From Escherichia coli (GTDB lineage Bacteria > Pseudomonadota > Gammaproteobacteria > Enterobacterales > Enterobacteriaceae): 64,000 nt of DNA. The position numbers were made by a program, and so were the translations under genes. The notes beneath the pieces are model-generated. The model ran no database searches. It saw nothing but the letters and a program-made list of their open reading frames with translations, and had not been told where the DNA came from. The DNA is taken from NCBI RefSeq assembly GCF_036507355.1, contig NZ_AP027877.1; one strand, given 5' to 3'. This document shows, one piece after another, positions 18,373 to 31,347 of the stretch (position 1 is the stretch's first letter; the number at the start of each line of letters is the position of its first letter).

Positions 18373-19629
18373 TTAGTGGCTAACCGTCTGTGTACCTGTC
18401 GGGACACGAACGTGTTTATATTTGAACATCGCCATGAACGCGAAGGCCAGAACCACGGAGTAACCAGCGAAAATCAACCATACGGTCTGCCAGTCGGTAA
18501 TGCCGTTTTGGGTGTACATCTCAACCACTTTACCGCTCACGATGCCCCCGAGGATACAGCCGAAGCCGTTGGTCATCATCAGGAACATCCCTTGCGCACT
18601 GGCGCGAATAGCCGGGCTAACTTCTTTTTCGACAAACACCGAACCAGAGATGTTGAAGAAGTCGAACGCACAGCCGTAAACAATCATCGACAGAACCAGC
18701 AGTACGGTGCCGAACGGAGTCGGGTCGCCGTAAGCAAACAGCGCAAAACGCAGGATCCACGCCACGATACTGATCATCATTACGTTCTTAATGCCGTAGC
18801 GGCTTAAGAAGAACGGGATGGTCAGAATGAACAGGGTTTCAGAGATCTGCGAAATCGACATGATGATTGACGCATGCTGCACAATAAAGCTGCTGGCAAA
18901 CATCGGATCTTTGTCGAAGCTGTGCAGGAAGGTATTACCGAACATGTTGGTAATCTGCAGTTCCGCGCCCAGCAGCATTGAGAAGATGAAGAAGATTGCC
19001 ATACGCTTGTTTTTAAACAGCGCGAATGCATCGAGGCCCAGTAGGGTTGTCCAGCTCTGATTCGCTTGCTGTTTAGCAACAGGAATATGCGGCAGAGTCA
19101 GGGTAAACAGAACCAGAATGGCGGAAAGTGCTGCGCCAATATACAGCTGCATGTGGCTTAATTCGAAGCCAGACAGGCTCACCACCCACATTGCCATGAT
19201 AAAGCCGATGGTGCCCCAGATACGGATTGGCGGGAAGTCAGTAACGATATCCATCCCGGCATTTTGCAGGCGATAGTAAGAGATGGTGTTGATTAACCCA
19301 AGCGTTGGCATATAAGCAAACGAGTTAATCAATATCACAAGGAACATCGCTTCCGGCGTCGTGACCTGTGCCGCCATGAACAGCGTGATAGCGCCAATGG
19401 TGTGGCAAATGGCATATACCCATTTCGCACTTAACCATTTGTCGGCCACAATCCCCAGCAGCGCAGGCATAAAGACCGCGGCGATACCCAGTGAACTATA
19501 AACTGCGCCAATAGAAGCACCGTCAAACTTCAGGGTAACAAACATATAGGAGCCGAGGGTCGTCAGCCAACTTCCCCACAGACAGAACTGCAGAAAAGAG
19601 AGGATTTTCAGCTGCAGCTTAAGATTCAT
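18373..19629 (-). CDS. nupG: Nucleoside:H+ symporter
   Basis: 418 aa from MNLKLQLKILSFLQF...; recognised MFS nucleoside permease. Confidence 0.95.
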   Translation of the reverse strand: MNLKLQLKILSFLQFCLWGSWLTTLGSYMFVTLKFDGASIGAVYSSLGIAAVFMPALLGIVADKWLSAKWVYAICHTIGAITLFMAAQVTTPEAMFLVILINSFAYMPTLGLINTISYYRLQNAGMDIVTDFPPIRIWGTIGFIMAMWVVSLSGFELSHMQLYIGAALSAILVLFTLTLPHIPVAKQQANQSWTTLLGLDAFALFKNKRMAIFFIFSMLLGAELQITNMFGNTFLHSFDKDPMFASSFIVQHASIIMSISQISETLFILTIPFFLSRYGIKNVMMISIVAWILRFALFAYGDPTPFGTVLLVLSMIVYGCAFDFFNISGSVFVEKEVSPAIRASAQGMFLMMTNGFGCILGGIVSGKVVEMYTQNGITDWQTVWLIFAGYSVVLAFAFMAMFKYKHVRVPTGTQTVSH

Positions 19630-19830
19630 GTTAATTTCCTCACATCGTGATGCGGATGAGTGTTTGAAAAAGCACATTTGACCGTGCGAGATGATGGGAT
19701 TCTATCAACTTCGCGGACTGGTTTTTTGTTACCTGTGGCAAATAATTGCAAACATTCCTAATTTGCAAAACGAAATTGTGATATGGATAACATTTTTGCC
19801 CCTGAGCATCGTCAGGGGCGGTTAGTGGAA

Positions 19831-20937
<1,107 letters not shown>

Positions 20938-20974
20938 TTATGCAAGCTGCCGGAGGCGTGCTCCGGCACTGTTT

Positions 20975-21253
<279 letters not shown>

Positions 21254-21277
21254 TCATCCTCTTTATCGACTCACGCG

Positions 21278-22330
21278 CTAAACCGGCGCGCCAGTGCGTA
21301 ACTGCTGTAACAAACGCTCCACGGGAGCCGCCAGGCCAACTGACGGCGGTTGCGCTAAGTTATACCAGAGCGCATTGCTTTCATCCATGCAGCCGGTGAA
21401 TGACGACACGGGAAGCCACATAGGCACAATATCTAAGTGGAAATGGCTGAAGGTATGCCGAAACGCGGTCAGCTGCGTCAGGTTATCGGCAGCAATCTGC
21501 CGTTGCGCCAGCCACTGCCGCAAACTTTCTTCGTCGGCAAACTGCGGGAAACAGTATAAACCGCCCCACAATCCGCTCGGCGGACGCTGCGCCAGCAATA
21601 CTTCATCTTCGTGCTGTAACAGGAGAAAGTAGCCGGTGCGCTCCGGCAGCGTCTGTTTCGGTTTTTTGCCCGGATAAAGCGACCAGCTATTGTTGGTGGC
21701 GGCAATACACCCGTTTTGTAGCGGACAGAGCGAACATTTCGGCTTCGAACGCGTGCAAATCATCGCACCCAAATCCATCATCGCCTGATTAAACCGTTCC
21801 ACGCCGACTGCGGGCGTCACCTGCTCGCTTAAACTCCATAATTTATTCTCGACCTCTTTTTTCCCAGGCCAGCCGCTTACAGCATAGCAGCGCGCCAGCA
21901 CCCGTTTGACGTTACCGTCGAGAATCGGAAAGTGCTTACCCAGAGAAAGCGAGAGAATCGCGCCTGCGGTGGAACGCCCGACGCCCGGCAGTGCTGCAAC
22001 TTCCTCAAAGGTTTCCGGGAATTTACCGCCGTGTAAGGTCGCCACTTGTTGTGCCGCTTTATGCAGATTGCGCGCGCGGGCGTAATAGCCAAGCCCGGTC
22101 CACAAGTGGAGAACTTCGTCGAGCGGCGCATTGGCGAGATCGGTCACCGTCGGGAAGCGCGCCATAAAGCGTTCAAAATAGGGGATAACGGTCGCAACCT
22201 GAGTTTGTTGCAACATCACTTCTGAGAGCCATACTTTGTAGGGCGTCTTGTCAATTTGCCAGGGCAGAGTTTTTCGCCCGTATTTATCGTACCAGTCCAG
22301 AACCTGGGCTGAAAATTGCGACGCTTGCAT
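21278..22330 (-). CDS. mutY: Adenine DNA glycosylase
   Basis: 350 aa from [20 protein letters not shown]...; Fe-S cluster cysteines near the C-terminal part. Confidence 0.95.
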   Translation of the reverse strand: MQASQFSAQVLDWYDKYGRKTLPWQIDKTPYKVWLSEVMLQQTQVATVIPYFERFMARFPTVTDLANAPLDEVLHLWTGLGYYARARNLHKAAQQVATLHGGKFPETFEEVAALPGVGRSTAGAILSLSLGKHFPILDGNVKRVLARCYAVSGWPGKKEVENKLWSLSEQVTPAVGVERFNQAMMDLGAMICTRSKPKCSLCPLQNGCIAATNNSWSLYPGKKPKQTLPERTGYFLLLQHEDEVLLAQRPPSGLWGGLYCFPQFADEESLRQWLAQRQIAADNLTQLTAFRHTFSHFHLDIVPMWLPVSSFTGCMDESNALWYNLAQPPSVGLAAPVERLLQQLRTGAPV

Positions 22331-22490
22331 GGTCACCGAATTCACTGTTGTTGGGGGCAAGATTGCAGCACAGCGACGGCAGGGTGTAAACCGGAACTTT
22401 CCGCAGCCACGGCCTTATCATGCTTGCATCCGGCAACTAACTTTGGATAATGCCCGTTTTCAGAACACTTTCACAAGCGACTAAATCTTT

Positions 22491-23210
22491 ATGAAAAACG
22501 ACGTCATTTCACCGGAATTTGATGAAAACGGCCGCCCACTGCGCCGTATCCGTAGTTTTGTGCGCCGCCAGGGGCGACTGACCAAAGGCCAGGAACATGC
22601 GCTGGAAAACTACTGGCCGGTGATGGGCGTTGAGTTCAGCGAAGATATGCTGGATTTCCCCGCGCTTTTTGGCCGTGAAGCGCCGGTGACGCTTGAGATT
22701 GGTTTTGGCATGGGGGCGTCGCTGGTGGCAATGGCTAAAGATCGCCCCGAGCAGGACTTCCTCGGCATTGAAGTGCATTCACCGGGCGTTGGTGCGTGCC
22801 TGGCTTCTGCGCATGAAGAGGGCTTAAGCAACCTGCGCGTGATGTGTCACGATGCGGTTGAAGTGCTGCATAAAATGATTCCTGACAATTCATTGCGCAT
22901 GGTGCAGCTCTTTTTCCCTGACCCGTGGCACAAAGCGCGCCATAATAAACGCCGTATCGTTCAGGTGCCGTTTGCCGAACTGGTAAAAAGCAAACTGCAG
23001 CTGGGGGGCGTATTCCATATGGCGACCGACTGGGAACCTTATGCGGAACATATGCTTGAAGTGATGTCTTCTATTGACGGTTATAAAAACCTGTCAGAGA
23101 GCAATGATTACGTACCGCGTCCGGCATCACGTCCGGTGACGAAATTTGAACAACGTGGTCATCGTCTTGGTCACGGAGTATGGGACTTAATGTTCGAGAG
23201 GGTGAAATAA
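22491..23210 (+). CDS. trmB: tRNA (guanine46-N7)-methyltransferase
   Basis: 239 aa; sequence recognised. Confidence 0.95.
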   Translation: MKNDVISPEFDENGRPLRRIRSFVRRQGRLTKGQEHALENYWPVMGVEFSEDMLDFPALFGREAPVTLEIGFGMGASLVAMAKDRPEQDFLGIEVHSPGVGACLASAHEEGLSNLRVMCHDAVEVLHKMIPDNSLRMVQLFFPDPWHKARHNKRRIVQVPFAELVKSKLQLGGVFHMATDWEPYAEHMLEVMSSIDGYKNLSESNDYVPRPASRPVTKFEQRGHRLGHGVWDLMFERVK

Positions 23211-23536
23211 TGGCAAAGAACCGTAGCCGTCGTCTGCGTAAAAAAATGCACATCGACGAATTCCAGGAATTAGGATTTTCGGTGGCATGGCGATTCCCGG
23301 AAGGTACATCGGAAGAACAGATTGATAAAACCGTTGATGATTTTATTAACGAGGTTATCGAACCGAACAAACTGGCCTTTGACGGCAGCGGTTATCTGGC
23401 CTGGGAAGGTCTGATCTGCATGCAGGAAATCGGCAAATGCACCGAAGAACATCAGGCGATTGTGCGTAAGTGGCTGGAAGAGCGCAAACTGGATGAGGTA
23501 CGCACCAGCGAACTTTTCGACGTTTGGTGGGACTAA
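23210..23536 (+). CDS. yggL: DUF469 protein
   Basis: 108 aa from [18 protein letters not shown]...; start overlaps the trmB stop (TAATG). Confidence 0.9.
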   Translation: MAKNRSRRLRKKMHIDEFQELGFSVAWRFPEGTSEEQIDKTVDDFINEVIEPNKLAFDGSGYLAWEGLICMQEIGKCTEEHQAIVRKWLEERKLDEVRTSELFDVWWD

Positions 23537-23568
23537 GAAAGCATACGGGCGATGACAAATGCAAAACT

Positions 23569-23648
23569 GCCTGATGCGCTACGCTTATCAGGCCTACAAA
23601 GATGCACGATCGAGTAGGCGGGATAAGGCGTTTACGCCGCATCCGGCA
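23569..23648. repeat. REP pair (BIME)
   Basis: GCCTGATGCGCTACGCTTATCAGGCCTAC and inverted GTAGGCGGGATAAGGCGTTTACGCCGCATCCGGCA. Confidence 0.7.
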
Positions 23649-23719
23649 TGGAAAACGCGTACTTTGTTATCAATCTGGGGCCAGCAAATGCTGGCCTGAT
23701 TTGTTCTTGAGGGAAGACT

Positions 23720-24439
23720 ATGATGCGCAAAATGCTGCTGGCGGCAGCACTTTCAGTGACGGCAATTACCGCTCACGCCGACTACCAGTGCAGCGTCACG
23801 CCGCGTGACGATGTGATTGTCAGCCCGCAAACCGTGCAGGTGAAGGGCGAAAACGGCAATCTGGTGATCACGCCAGACGGCAACGTGATGTATAACGGTA
23901 AGCAATATTCCCTGAATGCTGCCCAGCGCGAGCAGGCGAAGGATTATCAGGCTGAACTACGCAGCACGCTGCCGTGGATTGATGAAGGCGCGAAAAGCCG
24001 CGTCGAAAAAGCCCGTATTGCTCTGGATAAAATTATCGTTCAGGAGATGGGCGAAAGCAGCAAAATGCGCAGCCGTCTGACCAAACTTGATGCGCAGCTG
24101 AAAGAGCAGATGAACCGCATTATCGAAACGCGCAGCGATGGCCTGACGTTCCACTATAAAGCCATTGATCAAGTTCGCGCTGAAGGCCAGCAATTAGTGA
24201 ATCAGGCAATGGGCGGAATTTTACAGGACAGCATTAATGAAATGGGCGCGAAAGCGGTGCTGAAAAGCGGCGGCAACCCATTACAGAATGTGCTGGGAAG
24301 TCTGGGCGGTCTGCAATCCTCAATCCAAACCGAGTGGAAAAAGCAGGAAAAAGATTTCCAGCAGTTTGGCAAAGATGTTTGTAGCCGCGTTGTGACTCTG
24401 GAAGATAGCCGCAAAGCCCTGGTCGGGAATTTAAAATAA
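23720..24439 (+). CDS. yggN: DUF2884 periplasmic protein
   Basis: 239 aa with signal peptide; sequence recognised. Confidence 0.9.
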   Translation: MMRKMLLAAALSVTAITAHADYQCSVTPRDDVIVSPQTVQVKGENGNLVITPDGNVMYNGKQYSLNAAQREQAKDYQAELRSTLPWIDEGAKSRVEKARIALDKIIVQEMGESSKMRSRLTKLDAQLKEQMNRIIETRSDGLTFHYKAIDQVRAEGQQLVNQAMGGILQDSINEMGAKAVLKSGGNPLQNVLGSLGGLQSSIQTEWKKQEKDFQQFGKDVCSRVVTLEDSRKALVGNLK

Positions 24440-24453
24440 TCCTCTATTTTAAG

Positions 24454-24490
24454 ACGGCATAATACTTTTTTATGCCGTTTAATTCTTCGT
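24454..24490 (+). terminator. Intrinsic terminator after yggN
   Basis: ACGGCATAATACTTTTTTATGCCGT hairpin followed by T-rich tract. Confidence 0.5.
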
Positions 24491-24614
24491 TTTGTTACCT
24501 GCCTCTAACTTTGTAGATCTCCAAAATATATTCACGTTGTAAATTGTTTAACGTCAAATTTCCCATACAAAGCTAATGGATAATACGTAGCGTTCACGTA
24601 ACTGGAGGAATGAA

Positions 24615-25661
24615 ATGGAGTTTTTCAAAAAGACGGCACTTGCCGCACTGGTTATGGGTTTTAGTGGTGCAGCATTGGCATTACCCAATATCACCATTTT
24701 AGCAACCGGCGGGACCATTGCCGGTGGTGGTGACTCCGCAACCAAATCTAACTACACAGCGGGTAAAGTTGGCGTAGAAAATCTGGTTAATGCGGTGCCG
24801 CAACTGAAGGACATTGCGAACGTTAAAGGCGAGCAGGTAGTGAATATCGGCTCCCAGGACATGAACGATGATGTCTGGCTGACACTGGCGAAAAAAATTA
24901 ACACCGACTGCGATAAAACCGACGGCTTCGTCATTACTCACGGTACCGACACGATGGAAGAAACCGCTTACTTCCTCGACCTGACGGTGAAATGCGACAA
25001 ACCGGTGGTGATGGTCGGCGCAATGCGCCCGTCCACGTCCATGAGCGCAGACGGTCCATTCAACCTGTATAACGCGGTAGTGACCGCAGCTGATAAAGCC
25101 TCCGCTAATCGTGGCGTGCTGGTGGTGATGAACGACACCGTACTGGACGGTCGCGATGTCACCAAAACCAACACCACCGACGTAGCGACCTTCAAGTCTG
25201 TTAACTACGGTCCTCTGGGTTACATTCACAACGGTAAGATTGACTACCAACGTACCCCGACACGTAAGCACACCAGCGACACGCCGTTCGATGTCTCTAA
25301 GCTGAATGAACTGCCGAAAGTCGGCATTGTTTATAACTACGCTAACGCATCCGATCTTCCGGCTAAAGCACTGGTAGATGCGGGCTATGATGGCATCGTT
25401 AGCGCTGGTGTGGGTAACGGCAACCTGTATAAAACCGTATTTGACACTCTGGCGACCGCCGCGAAAAACGGCACTGCAGTCGTGCGTTCTTCCCGCGTAC
25501 CGACGGGCGCTACCACTCAGGATGCCGAAGTGGATGATGCGAAATACGGTTTTATTGCCTCTGGTACGTTGAACCCGCAAAAAGCGCGCGTCCTGCTGCA
25601 ACTGGCTCTGACGCAAACCAAAGATCCGCAGCAGATCCAGCAGATCTTCAATCAGTACTAA
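24615..25661 (+). CDS. ansB: L-asparaginase II (periplasmic)
   Basis: 348 aa with signal peptide and TGGTIAG motif; sequence recognised. Confidence 0.95.
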   Translation: MEFFKKTALAALVMGFSGAALALPNITILATGGTIAGGGDSATKSNYTAGKVGVENLVNAVPQLKDIANVKGEQVVNIGSQDMNDDVWLTLAKKINTDCDKTDGFVITHGTDTMEETAYFLDLTVKCDKPVVMVGAMRPSTSMSADGPFNLYNAVVTAADKASANRGVLVVMNDTVLDGRDVTKTNTTDVATFKSVNYGPLGYIHNGKIDYQRTPTRKHTSDTPFDVSKLNELPKVGIVYNYANASDLPAKALVDAGYDGIVSAGVGNGNLYKTVFDTLATAAKNGTAVVRSSRVPTGATTQDAEVDDAKYGFIASGTLNPQKARVLLQLALTQTKDPQQIQQIFNQY

Positions 25662-25668
25662 TTACCTC

Positions 25669-25694
25669 GCCCCGGTATCGTGCCGGGGCTTTTT
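25669..25694 (+). terminator. Intrinsic terminator after ansB
   Basis: GCCCCGGTATCGTGCCGGGGC hairpin plus TTTTT. Confidence 0.6.
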
Positions 25695-25777
25695 CACTTC
25701 AGACTTACGTCCATTGCCAATTTTCATTACCCTGATGATAATCACCGGAATAAATTATTCCGCGCGAGGGTTTTCGG

Positions 25778-26785
25778 GTGAAAAAGCAATGGATTGTTGG
25801 CACGGCGCTGCTTGTGTTGATGACTGGTAATGTCTGGGCAGATGGCGAACCGCCAACTGAAAATATCTTAAAAGATCAATTCAAAAAGCAGTATCACGGC
25901 ATTCTCAAGCTTGATGCCATCACCTTAAAAAATCTTGATGCTAAGGGTAATCAGGCCACCTGGTCAGCGGAAGGCGATGTCTCTTCCAGTGACGATCTCT
26001 ATACCTGGGTCGGTCAGTTGGCAGATTACGAACTGCTCGAACAGACCTGGACGAAAGATAAACCGGTAAAATTCTCGGCGATGTTAACCAGTAAAGGAAC
26101 GCCCGCGTCTGGCTGGTCGGTGAACTTTTACTCTTTTCAGGCGGCAGCCAGCGATCGTGGGCGGGTGGTCGACGATATCAAAACGAATAATAAATATCTG
26201 ATCGTGAATAGCGAAGATTTCAATTATCGCTTTAGTCAGCTTGAGACTGCGTTGAATACCCAGAAGAACTCGATTCCTGCGCTGGAAAAGGAAGTGAAAG
26301 CGCTTGATAAGCAAATGGTGGCGGCGCAGAAAGCAGCGGATGCATATTGGGGAAAAGATGCAAATGGTAAGCAAATGACCCGCGAAGACGCCTTTAAAAA
26401 AATTCACCAACAGCGTGATGAGTTTAATAAACAGAACGATAGCGAGGCGTTCGCGGTTAAATATGACAAAGAGGTTTATCAACCGGCGATTGCGGCATGT
26501 CATAAACAGAGTGAAGAGTGTTATGAAGTGCCGATTCAGCAGAAACGAGATTTCGATATCAACGAACAACGGCGACAGACTTTTCTGCAATCACAAAAAC
26601 TTAGCCGTAAATTGCAGGATGACTGGGTAACGCTCGAAAAAGGGCAATATCCATTAACGATGAAAGTTTCAGAAATAAACAGTAAAAAAGTCGCGATTTT
26701 GATGAAGATTGACGATATCAACCAGGCTAATGAACGCTGGAAAAAAGATACCGAACAACTGCGTAGCAATGGGGTGATTAAGTAA
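25778..26785 (+). CDS. yggM: DUF1202 periplasmic protein
   Basis: 335 aa with signal peptide; sequence recognised. Confidence 0.9.
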   Translation: MKKQWIVGTALLVLMTGNVWADGEPPTENILKDQFKKQYHGILKLDAITLKNLDAKGNQATWSAEGDVSSSDDLYTWVGQLADYELLEQTWTKDKPVKFSAMLTSKGTPASGWSVNFYSFQAAASDRGRVVDDIKTNNKYLIVNSEDFNYRFSQLETALNTQKNSIPALEKEVKALDKQMVAAQKAADAYWGKDANGKQMTREDAFKKIHQQRDEFNKQNDSEAFAVKYDKEVYQPAIAACHKQSEECYEVPIQQKRDFDINEQRRQTFLQSQKLSRKLQDDWVTLEKGQYPLTMKVSEINSKKVAILMKIDDINQANERWKKDTEQLRSNGVIK

Positions 26786-26853
26786 TTTTTGCGATAACGC
26801 ATGAGTTGTGGCCGGATGCTGCGTACACGCACGCCGCATCCGGCAATACAAGT

Positions 26854-27990
26854 TTACTCAGCCAGAAAAAGCTCCAGCAGCGAATTTAAAAACAGCTTCC
26901 CATGTTCCGTTATCTGCCAGTAATCCGCACACTCAGTGAGATAACCCTGAGCGATAGCCTCTTCTAACTGTGGGCGAATAACTTCTTCAGAAAGGCCAGT
27001 ATACTGGCTAAACTCCATGCGCGGCGCGGCCTCCAGCAGACGGAAGCGATTCATAAAGAACTCAAACGGCTTATCTGCGGCTTCGACATCACGCTGGCTT
27101 TCCAGATACCTTCCTTGCATAAAACCACGCGGATGACGCGTTTTGGTGGTACGCAGAATGCGCCCATCCGGGAAGGTCACTTTGCCGTGCGCGCCGCAGC
27201 CAATACCGATGTAGTCACCAAAGCGCCAGTAGTTGAGATTGTGCTGGCACTGATAACCGGGTTTGGCGTAAGCGGAAGTTTCATATTGCTGATAACCCGC
27301 TGCGGTTAATAACTGATGCCCCTGTTCGAATATATCCCACAACGCGTCATCGTCCGGCAGTACAGGAGGGCGCGAGCCAAACAGCGTATTGGGTTCGATG
27401 GTCAGTTGATACCAGGAAAGATGCGGCGGATTCAGTTCAATGGCCTGGCGTAGATCGCCAAGCGCCTCTTCCAGTGATTGATCCGGCAGCCCATGCATCA
27501 AATCAAGGTTAAAGCTACGTAACCCTAAACCGCTCGCCAGCTTCGCCGCGCGTTTCGCTTCTTGCGGGCCATGAATACGCCCAAGTCGTTTCAGCTTTTC
27601 TTCGCTAAAACTCTGCACACCAATAGAGATGCGGTTCACACCGGCACGCTGATAATCAACAAAGCGATCCGCTTCTACCGTACCGGGGTTCGCTTCCATG
27701 GTAATTTCTGCATCCGCTGCCAGCGGCAAACGCGCACGCACGCCGTCCAGCAGCGTTTGCATCGCCGGGCCGGAAAGCAGGCTCGGCGTACCACCGCCAA
27801 TAAAGATTGTCTTTACTTCACGGCCCTGAGCGTAAGCCACATCGTTGTCCAGATCGTTAAGCAGATGCTGAACATAATCGTCGTGCGGCACTTCTCCTTT
27901 CAACGCGTGAGAGTTGAAATCGCAGTACGGGCATTTCTGCACACACCACGGGATGTGAATGTAGAGACTCAGCGGCGGTAATTTAACCAT
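26854..27990 (-). CDS. hemW: Heme chaperone / radical SAM family protein HemW
   Basis: 378 aa, CxxxCxxC ([10 protein letters not shown]) near N-terminus. Confidence 0.9.
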   Translation of the reverse strand: MVKLPPLSLYIHIPWCVQKCPYCDFNSHALKGEVPHDDYVQHLLNDLDNDVAYAQGREVKTIFIGGGTPSLLSGPAMQTLLDGVRARLPLAADAEITMEANPGTVEADRFVDYQRAGVNRISIGVQSFSEEKLKRLGRIHGPQEAKRAAKLASGLGLRSFNLDLMHGLPDQSLEEALGDLRQAIELNPPHLSWYQLTIEPNTLFGSRPPVLPDDDALWDIFEQGHQLLTAAGYQQYETSAYAKPGYQCQHNLNYWRFGDYIGIGCGAHGKVTFPDGRILRTTKTRHPRGFMQGRYLESQRDVEAADKPFEFFMNRFRLLEAAPRMEFSQYTGLSEEVIRPQLEEAIAQGYLTECADYWQITEHGKLFLNSLLELFLAE

Positions 27991-28576
27991 TACGTAAAGC
28001 GTCCAGCAGCAGTTTCAATGCCTGACCACGGTGGGAAATGGCGCTCTTTTCTTCGCGGGTCAGTTCGGCAGCGGTTTTCCCTTCGGAAGGTACGAAGAAG
28101 ATTGGATCATAACCAAAGCCGCCAGTACCCGCTGGTTCACGAGTAATCATGCCCGGCCAACTACCGTGGCACACGAGCGGAGTCGGATCTTCCGCGTGAC
28201 GCAGATATACCAGCACGCAGTGGAAACGCGCCTGACGTTGGTCGTCCGGTACGTCTTTCAGTGTTTCCAGCAGTTTTTGCAGATTCTTTTGATCGGTCGC
28301 GTCTTCACCGGAATAACGCGCGGAGTAAATCCCCGGTGCACCGCCAAGTACATCTACCGCCAGACCGGAGTCGTCGGCAATTGCCGGTAAACCGGTCACT
28401 TTTGCCGCATGGCGCGCTTTCAGAATCGCGTTTTCGATAAAGGTCAGGCCGGTTTCTTCAGCGGAATCTACGCCGAGGTCTGTTTGGGCCACGATATCAA
28501 GACCGAAGTCGCTAAGCAGCGACGCCAGCTCACGCACTTTACCGGCATTGCCGGTTGCGAGGACAACTTTTTGCAT
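27983..28576 (-). CDS. rdgB: dITP/XTP pyrophosphatase
   Basis: 197 aa [17 protein letters not shown]...; sequence recognised. Confidence 0.95.
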   Translation of the reverse strand: MQKVVLATGNAGKVRELASLLSDFGLDIVAQTDLGVDSAEETGLTFIENAILKARHAAKVTGLPAIADDSGLAVDVLGGAPGIYSARYSGEDATDQKNLQKLLETLKDVPDDQRQARFHCVLVYLRHAEDPTPLVCHGSWPGMITREPAGTGGFGYDPIFFVPSEGKTAAELTREEKSAISHRGQALKLLLDALRNG

Positions 28577-28583
28577 AGGATAC

Positions 28584-28874
28584 CTAATTAATTAACGCCG
28601 CGATTTCTGGCGGGATTTGTTGCGGATTAATGATTTTAATTTGTTTGTGGCGGCCAAGTTCGCCTTTTTCAATCACCACCTGGCTTTTGGCAACCCGGAA
28701 TTGCTTACCGAGAAACTTCACCAGATGGCTGTTGGCCTGACCGTCAACCGGCGGCGCGGTAATGGCGACTTTTACCTCGTCGCCATGTAAACCGACAATA
28801 GAATCACGGCTGGCTTTCGGCTGAATATAGAGCCGTAAAACCAGACCGTCATCGTTAACTGTTACGGCACTCAT
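28584..28874 (-). CDS. yggU: DUF167 protein
   Basis: 96 aa from [11 protein letters not shown]... Confidence 0.85.
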
Positions 28875-29437
28875 AACGCCATCCACAGCCCCGGCAGCAG
28901 CATATTTCCGGTCGCCTGTAATACTTCTGCGACACCCATATTGATGACATACAGCAGCAGAACGAGGATCATCGGCGAGAAATCAATCCCACCCATTGCC
29001 GGTAGCAGGCGGCGAATCGGGCGCAGCAGCGGATCGGCCAGCTGAATCAGCACGTATTCAATCGGGCTACGACCCTGGCTTACCCAGCTCATAATCGCCA
29101 TCACCAGCAGGACCCAGAAAATCAGCAGGCCGATGGTTTTCAGCAGAATCAGTAAACCGGCAATCCAGATGATTGGCAGGAAGGTCACCACTTTAAACAG
29201 CACGATGGCTTTGATAAAACTGAGAATATAGGCAACCAGCAGCGAGGCGCTATCAATGGGTCCCATTGCCGGAATAACGCGGCGCAGTGGCCCGATAATT
29301 GGCTGTGTTACCTTCACTACAAACTGTGAGAAGGGGTTGTAAAAATCACAATGAGCCCACTGCATCCAGATGCGTAATAACAGCACCATGGTATACAGCT
29401 CAATGACCGTTGAAAGCAGGAAAGTCAACGTATTCAT
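28871..29437 (-). CDS. yggT: YggT-family membrane protein
   Basis: 188 aa hydrophobic protein; sequence recognised. Confidence 0.9.
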
Positions 29438-29454
29438 GGCGTTCCTTTAATTCC

Positions 29455-30159
29455 TTATTTTTTAGAGTAATCACGCGCACCAAAAATTGCAGTGCCGATA
29501 CGAACCATCGTGCTACCTGCCGCAATGGCGGCTTCCATATCGTCCGACATTCCCAGAGAGAGCGTGTCGATATGCGGGTAGCGCGTTTTCAGTCCGGCAA
29601 ATGCTACAGCCATTTGGCGTGCAACTTCAAACTGCCTTACATATTCTGACTCAGGCGCAGGGATTGCCATCAGCCCGCGCAGACGTAAACGCGGTAGTTC
29701 AGCGACCGCAGCTGCCAGCTCGTCCAGTTCTGCCAGTTGAATCCCGGACTTACTGTTTTCATCACTAATATTAATTTGAATCAGTACGTTAAGAGGGGGA
29801 AGTTCTGCCGGGCGCTGATCGTTGAGGCGGGTAGCAATGCGCAAACGGTCGATGGTATGACACCAGTCGAAATGCTCTGCCACCAGGCGGCTTTTATTAG
29901 ACTGCAACGGGCCAATAAAATGCCATTCTAATCCTGTTACGCCCAGTTCCTGAAAGTGGCGAATTTTATCTACCCCTTCCTGAACGTAGTTTTCACCAAA
30001 TTGACGCTGCCCGGCATCAATGGCTTCTGCGATGGCGCTCGCAGGTTTTGTTTTACTGACTGCAAGCAGCGTAATTTCTTCTGGAGAACGGCCGCAACGC
30101 GTTGCAGCCGCTGAGATTTTGTCCCGGACCTGTGCCAGGTTATGCGCAATATCGTTCAT
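29455..30159 (-). CDS. yggS: PLP homeostasis protein (YggS/PLPBP)
   Basis: 234 aa, PLP-binding barrel with conserved Lys (LLAVSKTKP). Confidence 0.9.
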   Translation of the reverse strand: MNDIAHNLAQVRDKISAAATRCGRSPEEITLLAVSKTKPASAIAEAIDAGQRQFGENYVQEGVDKIRHFQELGVTGLEWHFIGPLQSNKSRLVAEHFDWCHTIDRLRIATRLNDQRPAELPPLNVLIQINISDENSKSGIQLAELDELAAAVAELPRLRLRGLMAIPAPESEYVRQFEVARQMAVAFAGLKTRYPHIDTLSLGMSDDMEAAIAAGSTMVRIGTAIFGARDYSKK

Positions 30160-30176
30160 TTTCCGAGGATCTTAGT

Positions 30177-31157
30177 ATGAATATGGAAGAAATTGTGGCC
30201 CTTAGTGTAAAGCATAACGTCTCGGATCTACACCTGTGCAGCGCCTGGCCCGCACGATGGCGCATTCGCGGGCTAATGGAAGCTGCACCGTTTGATGCGC
30301 CGGACGTCGAAGAGCTACTGCGGGAGTGGCTGGATGACGATCAGCGGGCAATATTGCTGGAGAATGGTCAGCTGGATTTTGCCGTGTCGCTGGCGGAAAA
30401 CCAGCGATTGCGCGGCAGTGCGTTCGCACAACGGCAAGGTATTTCTCTGGCGTTACGGTTGTTACCTTCGTGCTGCCCGCAGCTCGAACAGCTTGGCGCA
30501 CCACCGGTATTGCCGGAATTACTCAAGAGCGAGAATGGCCTGATTCTGGTGACGGGGGCGACGGGGAGTGGTAAATCCACCACGCTGGCGGCAATGGTTG
30601 GCTATCTCAATCAACATGCCGATGCGCATATTCTGACGCTGGAAGATCCTGTTGAATATCTCTATGCCAGCCAGCGATGTTTGATCCAGCAGCGGGAAAT
30701 CGGTTTGAATTGTATGACGTTCGCATCGGGATTGCGGGCTGCATTGCGGGAAGATCCTGATGTGATTTTGCTCGGAGAGCTGCGTGACAGCGAGACAATC
30801 CGTCTGGCGCTGACGGCGGCAGAAACCGGGCATTTGGTGCTGGCAACATTACATACGCGTGGTGCGGCGCAGGCAGTTGAGCGACTTGTGGATTCATTTC
30901 CGGCGCAGGAAAAAGACCCCGTGCGTAATCAACTGGCAGGTAGTTTACGGGCAGTGCTGTCACAAAAGCTGGAAGTGGATAAACAGGAAGGACGCGTGGC
31001 GCTATTTGAATTGCTGATTAACACACCCGCGGTGGGGAATTTGATTCGCGAAGGGAAAACCCACCAGTTACCGCATGTTATTCAAACCGGGCAGCAGGTG
31101 GGGATGATAACGTTTCAGCAGAGTTATCAGCAGCGGGTGGGGGAAGGGCGTTTGTGA
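30177..31157 (+). CDS. yggR: PilT-like type IV pilus retraction ATPase homologue
   Basis: 326 aa from MNMEEIVALSV...; Walker A GATGSGKST. Confidence 0.9.
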   Translation: MNMEEIVALSVKHNVSDLHLCSAWPARWRIRGLMEAAPFDAPDVEELLREWLDDDQRAILLENGQLDFAVSLAENQRLRGSAFAQRQGISLALRLLPSCCPQLEQLGAPPVLPELLKSENGLILVTGATGSGKSTTLAAMVGYLNQHADAHILTLEDPVEYLYASQRCLIQQREIGLNCMTFASGLRAALREDPDVILLGELRDSETIRLALTAAETGHLVLATLHTRGAAQAVERLVDSFPAQEKDPVRNQLAGSLRAVLSQKLEVDKQEGRVALFELLINTPAVGNLIREGKTHQLPHVIQTGQQVGMITFQQSYQQRVGEGRL

Positions 31158-31167
31158 CGTTGCCATG

Positions 31168-31292
31168 CCCGATGTGCAAGCTTATCGGGCCTACAAAGGC
31201 AATAAACGTCTGATGCGACGCTTGCGCGTCTTATCAGACCTAAAATCGCTGCCACATGTAGGCCGGATAAGGCGTTCACGCCGCATCCGGCA
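31168..31292. repeat. REP cluster (three REP units)
   Basis: Three REP-like palindromic units in alternating orientation. Confidence 0.7.
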
Positions 31293-31347
31293 ATAAGGAG
31301 TAAGGCGCGATGATATTATTTATACTCCAGCAGGCGTTTAAATCGCC

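Noticed and set aside
26810-26846. Palindrome GCCGGATGCTGCGTACACGCACGCCGCATCCGGC between yggM and hemW as a further REP element
   Set aside because: It has REP-like ends but an atypical centre; more likely a shared terminator hairpin for the convergent genes, so not listed as a feature.
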